DNA from: Styela clava
Taxonomy: Eukaryota
Direction: 5' to 3'
DNA length: 64,000 nucleotides
Assembly: GCF_964204865.1 (NCBI RefSeq)
Contig: NC_135259.1
Span: 6,572,001 to 6,636,000 of the forward strand
The notes under the pieces are model-generated. The model saw only the letters and a list, made by a program, of their open reading frames with translations. It was not told the origin of the DNA and did no database searches. Of the stretch, positions 23,401-37,060 are shown piece by piece. The position numbers and the translations under genes were made by a program. Numbering within the stretch: the first letter of the stretch is position 1; each line of letters starts with the position of its first letter.

Positions 23401-24721
23401 AAAATTCTTCGGTATCCAATCTTTATTATATGCTCATGGTAATGCTCTGGAATATTATACTGTCTATCTTGATACATTCTGGTTTAAACAAAGAAATATT
23501 CATAACCTTTTATTTGGATGGATTTGGATTAATCAAAAAAAGCATGCAGAGCGGAAAAGGCACGCATGCTGATTCCCAGGTTTCTGAATCTTGCGAGATT
23601 TGACGGAGCGCTTTCACGATGAATCGGAACCGAAAAAGAAAAAAGTGATTACTCAGGGCCAAGACGTCCCCTGGCCATTAATACCGCACTTATCAAACAC
23701 CAATATGACGGTGGAGGAGAAATTGCGTAATAAACCAACATAACTTTGACCTATTAATCAAGTTAGACTTAACAGCAATTTCACCCTTTGATATCATTGG
23801 TTTTGTAAATCTAATAAGGTATAAGTTTTTCTGCTTAAACTTCATGAGTGACGCAGCCTTCTTGAGCCGCAGCCGCAGATTCTTGAGTCAAAATATATAT
23901 TCGTGCGCCTTGTTTAAAGTCAAAACGTTTGAAAGAGAGCGCAGTAGGTAACTAAAATGACAGGATGAAAATGTTTTTTGGAAAAGGGATATTATTTAAA
24001 ATGAATTCACCATGTCAAACACTTTGGTTTCAAAATTAACTTTGTAATCAGTATCGGAGATTGAAATAAATATCGATTATCGAGTGCAGTTGGGACTGCT
24101 TGCTATTTATTGACTAAATGAGAAATAAAATCGGAATCTATAAAATAAATCATTTTTGATAATAATAAAATTTACAAAGCCTTATTTATTTAGTCATTGT
24201 ATTCTTGCATCGGCTTTTTCAACAAAGATTTTACGATCTCAAAGTAATAAATATTCAGTTTCAATGAAACTCTAACACTATGGATAACTTTTTGCCACTA
24301 CCAAAATGAAAAATTACTATCTAATGCAATGGTTGGTTCCCAAGCTGGGGTTCGTGAAGCACCTTTGGAGGGTCTGCCAAAAGAATCTGTTATAAGACTC
24401 ATAGTTTGATGATACAAAAAGTAGGTTCTTGAATTTGTGAATACACATTTGTCGTCTTTTTCTGTTTTACAATCACTGCTGGGAACACTGATTCTTTACT
24501 TTTTGTTTCGATCAAGCAGCCCAATTGTGATGTCTCAGAGCTGTGGGCACAGAGAAAGTTCAATCGATGCCATTACAAGTCAACTGACTGCAGAGGTGTA
24601 GCTGACGCTGCTTTTTTGCACACTTGTTGGTATGGAGGGAGTCACAGCAAGCAGTTTATAAAGTATGTCAGTTCGCTTCTAAATACTGTTTTACGTTTTT
24701 ATATTGAAAGATAGATTGCGT

Positions 24722-25173
24722 GGGTCTAGTATAGTTCAGTACCACAAGTACTTCCAGTCGGGGTAGCATAACGAATTTTGCATATGGTATTCCTAACCAT
24801 CACCTGACTATGCCATCCAAAAATTACGTCACTACGACGTCACCAACACGTCATAGGACTTGCCGAATTATATTTTACGATCGCCCGAATTGGCATCTGC
24901 GCCGCCGATAACGAACTCGCTAAAGCCGGCGATCCCTCTCCTATCGTGATCGTTGTGACAAGAAAACGAGAGAAATACCTTGATCGATTTCGGATGATCG
25001 TCTGCGCGTTTTGGACGACTATCCCAATACTTTGGTAGGCCTTATTTCGCAACTGTGGCGTCAAAATGACGTAATTTTACGGTGGCGTAGTCAGGTGGGG
25101 GTTAGGATTGACATATGCAAAAATTGAGCCAGGCCAACTAGAAGTGCATGTGGTACTTAACTATACCAGATCC
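24722..25173. mobile_element. Unclassified MITE with long (~120 bp) imperfect TIRs
   Basis: GGGTCTAGTATAGTTCAGTACCACA...TTTTGCATATG...CCTAACC...CCTGACTA...AAAATTACGTCA is mirrored by TGACGTAATTTT...TAGTCAGG...GGTTAGG...CATATGCAAAA...TGTGGTACTTAACTATACCAGATCC. Confidence 0.75.
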
Positions 25174-25251
25174 GATAGCGGTAATTAGAGCGTAGCCAGA
25201 GAGGCACTAAGTTTTAGTTTTTAGCTGTCAAAATTAGCTTTTGACATACAG

Positions 25252-25400
25252 CAGGGGTGGCCAACGTGCTTTGGACGCCGATCGACTAAAATAGCACGCG
25301 ATCGACTTATCGGCAATAAAGTCCTATACTGCACAAAAGCAAATGGATACTGAATATGTGCAGATAACTATACACACGCTTACAAAAAATTCTACCGCTG
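25252..25400 (+). mobile_element. hAT MITE left end, same family as 58511-58670
   Basis: CAGGGGTGGCCAAC followed by the shared tract aaaatagc..cgatcga..atcggc..aataaagtc..tactgaatat. Confidence 0.65.
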
Positions 25401-25631
25401 TCAAAAAGGTCTGCTCGTTGGGCTCATTAGGCTACTGATAAAATTGCCACAAAAATTTGTATTGTTTTATGTTTCATTTAGTTCGTTAATTTGAAAATGT
25501 AATTGTACCCGGAGTAAATGTTTCATCATTTATTTGAAACTTTTTCAAATCATATAATTCAATTAGGCCTGCCAAATTTTTGATCGTAAGTGTTGAAAAT
25601 TCTTCATAAAGTATACATGTACTATCTAAAC

Positions 25632-27157
25632 CAGTGGTTCCCAACCTTTCTACCCTGGCGGATGGTAAAATTAAATTTAATGTACTTGCGGACCGGCAAA
25701 AAATTGAAACCAGAAAAGAATAACATATACAGGGAGTCCTCGTGTTACGAAGGTCGCGACTTGCCTGTTTCGAGGTTACGAACGCACTCCATAAAAATAT
25801 AAAAGATAGTACTGTGCTGTAATATCTAAGCCCTTAAACTGGATCATTGCGATCAAGAAAATCAGTGATTTGGGCTCATTGGTTTTTGTCATTTACATCA
25901 TAAATGACGTGGACAATTGCGAACTATTACGATTATGAACAAATAATCACTAAGCTTGAGTCACATGGTACACAGTTTCAGTGATACTGTACGCCATTTT
26001 GATTGTTCCGACTTACACTGAAATTCGGGTTACACCGCGTGTCAAGAACGGAACAACGTCGTAAGTCGAGGACTTCCTGTATTTGCGCAATATAATGCAA
26101 TGTCAGGCACTCTAGACTCTATATGCTTCTAGACAAGAAAGGCACACTTAAAAACATTTCACACGAATGAAAACTATCAAATAATGTGCCGGCCAAAAAT
26201 TGGAACGGGTGACACATAAAATAATACCATATATTTGCGTAATGAAATGCAGTGCTGGGCGCTCATTGTGCGTAGAAAAAAACACATAAAACATTCCACA
26301 TAAAAAAATTTACATGCCAAATCATTTACAAACACAATTAACTCTAGTGAGAATTTTGCTGCTGTTTCGTTTCCAATATAGGACTGCAAACGAGACCTCG
26401 AAGAAGTTTATGCAACACGTAGATCTGCAGTGGCGTGCAGCCGATTTCTTTGGATCGTTTCAATTAAAGCAAGTGATGAAAATGATTTTTTCGCATAATG
26501 CATAAGTAACTGGTTAAAAATACGGACAACAGTTTGATTGCTCGGTTACTTAGCAATGGGTATTCGTTATCAAGAGATATCCAAAAAATTGTGTCAGTGA
26601 TTCTATTTTAAATCTGGACTTTAAACTTGAATCACAATTTTAATCAATGATGTAAAAGAAGAAGCTTGATTAAAATTGTGATTCTACTTTACATGACCAG
26701 ATTTAAAAAAGAATCACAGTTACAATTTTGGATATCTCCTAATAACGAATACCCATCGCTAAGTAATCGGGCAATCAAACTGTTGTCCGTATTTTCAGCC
26801 AGTTATTGCGTTATGCGAAAAAACATTCTCATCACTAGCTTTAGTTTTTTATGTATATAAGATGTTTTATGCGTGGTTTTCTCATGCATAATGGGTGCAT
26901 ATATTGTTAAGTTTTCAGCTCTGTAATATTAATTTCATGATGTCTTCTAAAATTCAATGTGATGCGACGAATCGTATGTAAAGTTAGGGTTCATCGTGAT
27001 AAACGTAGGTGGAGATATGTTTTCACTATGCCGTATGGCGCATTTATTTTTTTTTGTGACATTTTAATATTTTATTTTAGTGCACAAGGCCGCGAATCAT
27101 TAGAAAAATTGAAAGGGGTCCGTCATGGAATCTTTTTAAAAAGTTTTGGAACCACTG
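25632..27157 (+). mobile_element. hAT (Buster-type) derivative(s) with transposase remnant
   Basis: Left end CAGTGGTTCCCAAC at 25632; right end TTTTGGAACCACTG at 27157; remnant QFWISPNNEYPSLSNRAIKLLSVFSASY in ORF 26666-26860. TSDs match poorly, so the two ends may belong to different insertions. Confidence 0.55.
25730..26079. mobile_element. pogo/Tigger-like MITE nested in hAT sequence
   Basis: TIRs CAGGGAGTCCTCG / CGAGGACTTCCTG with TA on both sides. Confidence 0.8.
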
Positions 27158-29196
27158 AACTAATGAAAGCGTTAGAAAGTGAATGACGAAACAGGAAACT
27201 CAGACCACGGTCGAATGAAAGCTCATAACATACTCATTATTTCATGTTTGGAGATCATGCTGCTTATATGTTTACACACATCGATAAGGTAATGTGACAT
27301 GATTTTTAATGCGTATTTAAAAATAATAAATAAACATAATCATGCAATAAAAATAGCACGGATTGTTGAGATGTCTTCACACCGATCATACGCTTGCACA
27401 TTAGTGTTACCTGATTAGGGTTTAGTTATCTGTAGCAATAATCGGAACAGATTTGAATTAATTTAAATAAGTAAACAACCTGAAACAATTCTGGAATGGT
27501 TGCTTGGCGAGGTAGTTAACCTCAACACGTTGGTTACACTCGATTTGCCATACTGGCGTTGATTTCACTTACTAAGAGCTTTCAGCTATGTCAGGCTAGT
27601 GCAGACCGTCCTTCAGAATCCATAAATTGCTTAATTGGTAATGTGCTGTTGAAAATGCGTTTCTTGCCGCTTTGGATTGAGGTAATATTCGAGATTACTA
27701 AATAGTGTTTGCATTTGTTTTTGAGTGTGAACTCACGGAATACGTCAAAATTAGAGAAATCATGCATTGGAATTGGTTTCACTCAAAAAATTTAGGTCGA
27801 TCAGGCGAGTTCTATAAAATTGGGATTACTAGAGTTCACACCAATTCAAACCACAATCAATTCAATAAGTAATGGAAAATTAAATTATAATAAAACTAAT
27901 AAAACATGAACTAAGGGAAATGGTTCGCATTTTCACTCGCCAATGAGTTTACCGAATGGACGCAACAACAGGAAACGAGTTCTCAATTCTATCACTCATT
28001 GCTTTCTATAATACTAGCCCTCAGAAAATCCTTCAGAAACAAACGACCTACATTTACTTCCTGGCGAATTTCATAAAACGACCGCCGTGTAGCATCAGTT
28101 CAAACGTGATTTTATTTGCATTTGGAAAGGCTTCTGTTTTATATTCGAAATTTCGGGGTAGTTTTTCCATTTTATCGTTAGCTTCTTAGTCAATTACAGG
28201 CGCAGATTCCGATTTAATAGGCTGAAATATATAGAAATTCTATACAACTTTTTCAATAATACTTGCATTATAATTTGTTCGTAATTTGCGGACTTATATT
28301 CGAGGATTCATATTAAAGAAGCATCGTAAGTTTCAGATAATAATTTATATTTGGTTTCTTGGAAATGACATATAACATATTCAAAGAGGCGATAAAGAAA
28401 TTTGTTAAAACAGACTATATATTTTTTGCCATCGTTTTCTCTACTATTAACGAGTCCGGATCACTCGTTAAATATAGGTTAATATTAAATAAAATAGGTC
28501 TTAAAGAAATATTTTCCTATGGGTTATAATTTTACCACTCGTAATAATAACTTGATAACTTATACTCTTGATAAAAAGGTCATAAGAGCTAAAAATTCAT
28601 CAATTCTATTTGCAGACAACGAGTCTAACTTGAAACATCTTAACCGGATTTCACGGAGTCCACGCCGTCTTGTTTCCCACCAACGCGACGCTACCTCAGC
28701 GCTTGACGCTAAGCGTGCAAGCGGTGTTACGTGCGACACGTCCGGGCATTGTTTACCCTTCCAGTTTATCAAATCCAAGTGTTCCGCCTTGAAACATCCG
28801 ACGTCTAAAATATAAGCAGCAGACCAACGCTGTTGAAATCAGTTACTCCGACTGACTTGTTCTGAAATTTTTGTGGATGCTTCATTCGTTATTCCAAAAG
28901 AATTGGTTAAACTTGTCCGGATAGAATATATTTATTTATCCACGACTAACCACTGATTGACATAAGGCGTTATTTTAATTCATTTTATCGATTATGCAAA
29001 CTACTAGTTGGGATATCGTGGGGCGTTCATTTAATATGCATTTAAATATTCATAATCTAAATCTTATATATGTTGTGAATCTTTCGGCACTGTAAAAATA
29101 ATTATATTTTGATAAAATTTGCACGTGTAACTTTCAATTTCCTTCTCATTCTTGACAGTTTTGAGCGAAGTTAAAAGTAACAATTATCCTGGTAAA

Positions 29197-30541
29197 ATGT
29201 CTATAATTATAACAATAGTTCTTCTTATGGTCAGCGTGGAAATGGGCAGCAGTTTATCCGAAGGATGTACTTCCAGTAAGTTACTTTTTCCCTCATTTAG
29301 TTATACATTTATATAACACTCTTCGATTCGAAGTGTCCTTTTTTAAATTCAACGTTTAAAAGTGGCTCTAATCAAATTTTTGAAATATAATTTTCTCATA
29401 GTTGTAATAAATAACACATTTGAAATTTAATATTTTCTGTATATTCTTCACACATATTTTTTATCCCATAATTTGTATCAACAGAATTTTACCCTACTAA
29501 TTGCCCGTTGCAATTCGGAAATGTCGGACGTAAAAGATGCATTAAGATGAAAACTGCAGACTTCGGTTCGGCTTTCACAAGGCTGGAAGGAGACAGGTAT
29601 TGCAAAGAAACATACGGCGATGGTGCTCATCTGGCTGATATTCACAATAAACAAGAATTTCTTGATACCAGATGTTACATGATCGAAACAAGCACAGTTA
29701 CCAAAGCAAGAGACCCCAAAGTACTTTTGGGGATGACTTATAATAAAAAGGTATGTACATAATTTATTTTTAGTGAATGTCCCATGTAGGTTTTCGTCAC
29801 GTCTTTTTCTTTGCATATTAATAGTTAGAAATGTGCGGTCTTACATACCATGAGAATTTTTCCACGATTTTGCAAAAGCTATAGGTATTATATGCATTTT
29901 TCAGATTAAAATGTGATATTAACCAGTTTCAGAATCATGGAATGTGAATTCTATCAGAGCCTCATGTTTTCTTATCAAGTTTTCATTATAGTATCCCTAA
30001 CATTTGGCATAAAAAAAAACTAGGCTCAAATGAAAAAATTGTTGTTTGTCGAGATTTTTGCAAAAAAACACATCAGTTCAATACTTTAATTTTAACTTTC
30101 ATACAAGTTTATACGAATGCATGACCCTACTGAATTTAGTTTAAAATATACCTTCACATTGCTTTATCACTTCGGTCGATGTACAGTTTAAATGAACAGA
30201 GTTTGTAACTTGGGATTGAATTTTCAAATTGTGTCATAGATTCTACTTTTCTTGAACAGTCTGTGGCACAGCTAAAGTACTATCTGTGTTGAGTTTTATC
30301 AGAAATTATGGTACTAATTGATAAATTTCAATTTTCCTCCAAACAGACCAAAACAACATACGGCTATGATGGAACCGAGCTATCAGATTCCTACTGGGGC
30401 AAAGAGCCATCAGAGCTCACGTTGGGAGATAACATGATTATAAGAGCTCATGAAACTGTGAAAAGAAGTTTTCTGTCGAATTTCGGATACAGGGAAACAA
30501 GATATGAACGTATTCTCTGTTCATGGCCATTCAAGAAATAG
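29197..30541 (+). CDS. Secreted single-domain C-type lectin-like protein, 179 aa (divergent)
   Basis: join(29197-29275, 29485-29750, 30347-30541), GT-AG, phases 1/0. Signal peptide MSIIITIVLLMVSVEMGSS. CTLD hallmarks: YCKETYGDGAHLADIHNKQEF, VLLGM (WIGL equivalent), YDGT, YWGKEPS, terminal ILC. Confidence 0.8.
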
Positions 30542-32206
30542 ATATATTCTACTACTAAAAGAAGAAACCCCAGTCTACAAGTTTTTGCGAATTTTTTATA
30601 CGGAAAAAAAACTCTTAAATTAATATATTTAAATTGTGGTCAATTGAAAATACTTTCTTAAAATTGGTTAGTCGTTTTGACACCGCCCTTTTCGATAAGC
30701 ACATTGCGTTCTTGATATTTGCGCATATTGCTCTTTTGATTAGAAAACTGTATGCACGATAAAATACCAGATATATAGAATACAAAGTAATTGGAGCTTA
30801 TACTTTAGTGTTACCTCCGTATGACAATTTCTCAGAATAAATACGACTGGGTGTAGGACCATTGGACTCGGAATTACGTTCATGAATTTTGACGTATACA
30901 TTTTGCGTTTTTAATTTTTCTGCTGATAAAAACTCAATAAAAAATACGAAAAATGAATAAATTGTGTGTTACGTTGAAGTTTCAACGTGAACTGGCCATT
31001 GAGTGGAAATATTCCAATTAAGTATATAGAATACTCAAGCTTCGGTGATGTTCATTAATTAAAAAGATTTTATCTTAGGTTACCGCTACTCCAAATAAAA
31101 TATGAAAATGGGCTAGTTGACGAGACAGATGGAATTTGCATATAATTGTTGACAATGAATTTAAACTATATAACACTAAAGAAATGAGTGAAGACAGCGA
31201 TAGTCAATGAGATGTATCTCTAGTAGTAGCTTTTCAAATTGCATCTTAACATCTTACAAGAGACCTGCGCTGTTTTGTGTATCTACAGTGTTATTCTGAA
31301 ATCATCATACATATCGATTGCAATGTTTCAGAGGAAATCACGAGGTACGCAGAAACAGACGCAAATTCCTGCGTCATATTGTTTTGTTTAGCACGGGGAA
31401 ATAAACGTATCACGCTTAAGGGCGTAACGCTTAATCGGCATGCGTGCGTATATTGAACTGTTATTTGTAAATTAGCGAACTTAATTGCCTACCTTTTAAT
31501 TTCCTAATGAAAATCCCATTGATCCCACTGCACATGATTCAAACTTCAAATTTCAGGGTTGACCGGAGCATAGTACTAGTTTTTTCGAAATGTGTAGAGA
31601 TAACTTGGATAGAACATAACAGTCCAAACGTAATAAAAAATTCGACGAGTCTTGCACGTTGATAATACAATCCAGAGTTCTGCCATATCCGATTATAACC
31701 ATAGTATAATTACTCGGTATTAATTTGCAGTAAACAATAAAAAACTGATCAAATTATAAAAATTTTGTTAGAATACAATTGTAAATTTATTCGCATACTT
31801 AAATAACTTGAAACGTATATTCTTAGGGTAACGAATGCAAGCCACAACTTGCCCGCATCTGGGGCAAGCCTGTCCGCCCGGCAAAGACTACAAAATGAAA
31901 ATAAATAACGGACACAACGGTTTAACACAAATGGGAAAATATCGATTCATAAATTGCAATTCCTGATTGTTCACCTCGTATCCCAAGTGTATTTTTTCAC
32001 AGAACAATTGTTTTTCTTTTGCATTATTCCAATGGTTTCCATCTGTTCATCGCTCAGCCGTTGATAACTGAGCTTGATGTGGCTCATTGTCGCTTGGTAT
32101 TTCTCTGCCTATTATAGGCTGCAAACACATTTTCGTATTTATTCGTAGTCAAAAAAACAAATTTAGCAAGTTAGGTTTGATATGTACATATTGGAAATAT
32201 GTAAAC

Positions 32207-32620
32207 CAGGGGTCGGCAACCTACGACCCGCGGGCCGGAGCAATATAATCCGGCCCGCGACGCTTCGCTGAGTTATAGTAACAAAACAGCTGTTTTTACG
32301 ATTATAGTCTTTACGTAACAGAATTTATTGTGAGACACGTGTATAGACTAATTTATCTAACAAGTAAATAATTCACAATTACTCGTTTAATGATCCTATA
32401 ATTTAATTATAATTAGACAAATGGCAATAAAACGCAGAAAAGCTGATGTTACGTGCAAATGGTTTAATGGCGCAGAAAATATTCAATCTTCGCACGCTGC
32501 TTAAAATTTAACTTCTGGCCTGTGTGGAAACATGTGATTCATCGGCGATCCGTTCGGTTTTTAACTTTCTATAAATACGTGCGGCCCGCCAATGATTCGC
32601 AACCTTTAATTTTGGCCCAT
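32207..32620 (+). mobile_element. hAT MITE in intron 9 of VMAT copy A, right TIR lost
   Basis: CAGGGGTCGGCAAC with GCGGGCC/GGCCCGC subterminal motifs at both ends of the tract. Confidence 0.65.
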
Positions 32621-32634
32621 AATTATGGCGCATG

Positions 32635-32799
32635 ACATATATTTGGCTTAAAGTTTGAGCTATATTAGGCGATATTCGGAATATAGAGTATGACATTTAA
32701 AAAATAACCTGGTGAGAGTACATATATTTGGCTTAAAGTTTGAGCTATATTAGGCGATATTCGGAATATAGAGTATGACATTCAAAATCGAACCTGGTG
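32635..32799. repeat. 85-bp direct duplication including the exon 9 splice donor of VMAT copy A
   Basis: acatatatttggcttaaagtttgagctatattaggcgatattcggaatatagagtatgacatt...aacctggtg at 32635 and 32720. Confidence 0.9.
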
Positions 32800-35760
32800 C
32801 TCCTCTTCCAATTGCGAGGGCTTTCGCAGTAAACATACAAAAGGAGCAAATGCGATATTTAATATTGCAACAATATACATTAACCAAGTAAACCCAATAA
32901 GGCGTATTACTGTGCCAGCTACAACGGGACCTGTAAAACGAGATAGTTATCAGTTTCTCTGGTTTGCTTTGCCTATGATTCAAATAATTAGATTGCTAAG
33001 CAAAGGAACACAAATCAAGATACACGTGATTTTATACAAAAATATCTTATACCTATGATAAATGCCATACAAAAACCAGTTTATCAATGGAATAAACGAC
33101 TCCGTAGGTTGACGCGTGTCTCATGTCGGCTAAAGTTCCCATTATTGGCAATATGGTTACATCCACCATTCCAACTGAAGTTCCGATTAAAGTTGCTGGT
33201 CCAAATAAGTGGAAAAACCTGAAACATTTACAACAAGAAGCTAGGATTACCGGTACGTTAAAGAACGGTCTTTTTATGATTAATCGATGAATAACTATGT
33301 AGCTTTGCATGCCGTAAACGTATGTAGACTCAATATATACATAATTTGAGCGTTTTGATTAAATTGTTGTTAAAATGAATGCTGTTTTTGGGAGAATTCG
33401 CATTTCTTAGCAACTATAAACAACCGATTTCAAAATTTAATATTTGAAAATGGGATACATTGCTTGAAGACTATTACTTTTATTCGTTTTCCAAACTTAC
33501 TCTCACTTTTATTGAATCGGTTATGCCACCTAAAACTGTGGTATTTTGTTTTAGTTCACGAAAACACTTACGCAATCACAAAAATCGTATGCGAGTCATT
33601 TTTGGAAACGAAAATTTGGTTTAAAAATTTCAAAATGCTAGCATTTTATGCACACACTAATATCTGGTAATAATCTGTAACTTTTTTTCGTTCTTTCAGT
33701 AGGTGATTAACTATCTCGACCTAGCTTCTATTGATAATCTGCATAAAATTTTGGCAATTTCGTAGCTTTCTTCAGAAAAATTTCGTACAATAAATTTATG
33801 ATTGTTCATACGTCTTAGATTGCGGATATAATACAGATCCAAGCGCTGCTAAAAAATAACCAACAAAACAAATAAGCCATCTTTTATCAACACCGAAGAC
33901 TCTCGGAACAATTGTAGTTGTTAATAAATACGAAATGCTTGATGGAAGAGCGGCCACGCCTGAAATGCAAACAAACTATTTAATTCTATATGAATAAAGA
34001 AAATAGAACAAATGATGGTGGGACAATAACAAACGTTTTATTTTTCGGCTTCAGAAAAGATAGAGGAAGGATAGGGGAGTTTGTCTCGCGCAACCCAACT
34101 TAAAGAAACGTATAGAAAATGATAAACAAAATAAACAGATTATACGAGGAAATATGAAAAAGAAATATCAGATAACCCAACTACTACTAATTTTAATTTT
34201 AGGTAATGAATGCCGACTTGATACATGAAACATACCAAGCATCCACTTTTTAGCACACATAGTCGTCATCATCCAAGTAGGTAGCCCAGTTTCTATAACA
34301 GCAATTGATAAGTTTCCAAACACGATTGCTGATGCAGCCAACAAGATATATGGATCTTTCAGTGTTTTTGAATTACACAAATCTAGTGCTTTATGCTGTA
34401 ATAGGAAAAGTTAATTGACCTGCTGCATAATTAATAAAAATATTTAATAGTTTAAAATATCGCTCCAAAAGTGTATGTATCAATATGGAGGTAACTAATT
34501 TTGTTTGCTTGAATTGCATCAAGTTGTATAAAGAGACAGAAACCTATGGACAGGCGGTATATTCACAGACAGCTAACACAGACAGTCCCCGAACCCGTAA
34601 TAGAACTATAAGATTCTCAATTCAACCGGAAGGCTCGAGAAAATTGGAATACAATTATGGCCTAACCCTAATCCGAAGTTATATTATGCCACATATACTA
34701 ATGTACGAGTACCTAAAATATTGCGCAATAAAAGAAAAATATATGAAACTGATTGTGGTTATACTCGTGGATAACAACTCTTTTCATACATCTCTCTTAC
34801 GAATATTGAATATTATTTGATAATCGATTTTTTATTATATTAAAATTCATTTGCTTCATTTGGGGAATAGCCATCGGAAAATTCTAATCCTTTATTAGAA
34901 GTGCATGACAATAAAATTTTCTAATTCTGATAAAAACATTAAAACGCCTCGGTGTTTTCTCACTACTCTTCAAATAATCTGGCACCAGAATTATTCTACA
35001 CAATGTACAACAACGAGTGAATGGCAAAAAACGAAACGAGAAATGGTGGAAAAAGTATCATGGTTGAGATTTTAAAAGATTACAATATTCCCACTTTCCC
35101 TCCTCATTTAATTATTTCGAATTATCATTAGAATGGTTGAAACCTCCAATACTTTGATTAGTTACCTGAGTCGCATTTTGAATCTGCAACTGGCGAGAAC
35201 ATAATTGAAGAAAATCTATCAAGAATGATGCTGCAGCAAGAACAAGAAATGGCGTGGATTTTCCTGCCATTTCATAGGTTAGGCTACCAAAACTTGGACC
35301 AACTGAAACAAAAATTTCTCATTTAAAAGCAAATGGATATTCATGCTAAGACATCAAAAAGCAAATTGTAAATTGCAATGTTCACAATAATTTACTTGAA
35401 GAAAAACAATTTTTGGTAATGAATAATCAAACAAACTTACTCAAAACGCCCAATGCCAACCCTCCCAAAGCAATTCCAATCATTTTGCCTCTTTCTTCAT
35501 CATTCGGAAATCTGCTTGCAAGCATTGCCAGTCCTGATGTTGTCGCCAACGCAGACCCAACTCCTTGCAAAGCACGGGCAAAGAATAAAACAGCGTACGT
35601 CGTCCCAAAAGCGAAAGCTGTTGAAAGTACAAATTCAGATACGCAAAAGAAAGTTCAGACTGGTCTAGCACTTGGATGAGAAAAAATAAATGAAAAACTA
35701 GATAAGTTTATAAACAAAGCAAAATGAAATCTGATCAATATACAATAATCATGTATTTTT

Positions 35761-37060
35761 ATGGTCCACTTCATTGATAATAGACTAGAAACGGAACTCT
35801 ACTCCAAACCAACGGACACCCACCAATATCTTTTACCGTTATCCTGCCACCCAAGATATGTACACCGGAACATACCCCATGGACTAGCAATAAGAATTAG
35901 AAGAATATGCTCAACCACCGAATTTTTTAACAAACACAGTGACATCCTCAAGCAGCATCTTAAAAAGAGGAATTACCCCGAGCACCTGTTAAACAAAGCC
36001 ATAGAGCGAGCAAGAAATACGGATAGAACCACGATACTGACACCAAAAAAGCCGACAAAACGAAAAGCCGACACACCTCTGGTCACGACGTACCACCTAC
36101 TCCTCCCACCAATAAGAAAAATATATCAAAAGTACCAATAAATCCTACACCGCGACGCCCTGCAGAAAATATTCCCAAACCCCCCATTATAGGCTACAGA
36201 AAATGTCCAACACTGAGGGCTTTATTAGTGCGAGCAAAATTAAAAGTGAACACACAAAAAAGCCGACCAAAAGGAATTTGAAAAATGCAACAGAAAAGGG
36301 TGCACGACCTGCCAACATTTATCTGAAATCTCAACATTCAGAAGCACATCGACCGGCAAACAGTTCCAAATCTTCAAACAAATCAGCTGCAACACGAGAA
36401 ATGTAATATAGCTAATAACCTTTAAAAAATGCCAGGCACAGTACATTGGAGAAACCGGAAGAAAATTAAAGTCTCGTACGGCAGACCACCTTAGGGACAT
36501 TCGAAAAAGGACCCCAACACCAGTTGCCAACCATTTCAACAGGGAAGGGCACAATATAGACGATTTCAGTATCCTAGGAATTGACTCACTAACCCACGAC
36601 GAACTTTACAGGAAAAACGAAGAGCATTTCTGGATTAACTCGGCAACCACAGGGAATCAATAGAAATGATTAAAACTCAAACGGAGAAGTGGTCTTAACG
36701 CAAATATAAAACCAAAAGTCAAACAGTACTATCAAAACAACAACAACAATACAAACAAATAAGGTTCAAAAACAAACAAAGGAAACTACACAAATAGACG
36801 AACGCCAACCCAACCACATCAGTTAGACCGGCTATCCTAAGATGATACGATAGCATCCATATCCAGTTATAGGAAACTCAATAATAGACTAAATTTATAT
36901 GATCTTTTATATTTACAGTTATATCTTGTATTGTTTGAAGAAGTTAGACCATGGTCTAACGAAAGCTCACAAATATACTTACTATTTCGTTGAAAGAGAT
37001 CATGTTATTTTTACTTTAATACTATCTCGTTCAAGCATCCTTGTGGTGAGTGCCACATAC
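35761..37060 (+). mobile_element. 5'-truncated, decayed Penelope-like retroelement, antisense in intron 3 of VMAT copy A
   Basis: RT thumb LYSKPTDTHQYL..SCHP..IP.G.AIRIRRICS; Cys linker KCNRKGCTTCQH; GIY-YIG endonuclease NVI*LI..CQAQYIGETGR..R..DH..VANHFN. Several stops and frameshifts. Confidence 0.9.
36929..36975 (+). ncRNA. Minimal type I hammerhead ribozyme-like motif in the Penelope 3' region
   Basis: TTGAAGA (CUGANGA with C3 to U), stem II GTTAGAC-CATG-GTCTAAC, GAAA, palindromic AGCT stem III, flanks tattgt/acaaata as stem I. Confidence 0.6.

Noticed and set aside
28560-28930. GC-rich tract with overlapping ORFs 28519-28815 and 28560-28778
   Set aside because: No protein motif and only a weak terminal inverted match; probably a non-autonomous TE that I cannot classify.
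35413-35679. Plus-strand ORFs over VMAT and ACAD8 exons (also 1475-1687, 2860-3051)
   Set aside because: Antisense to well-supported exons.
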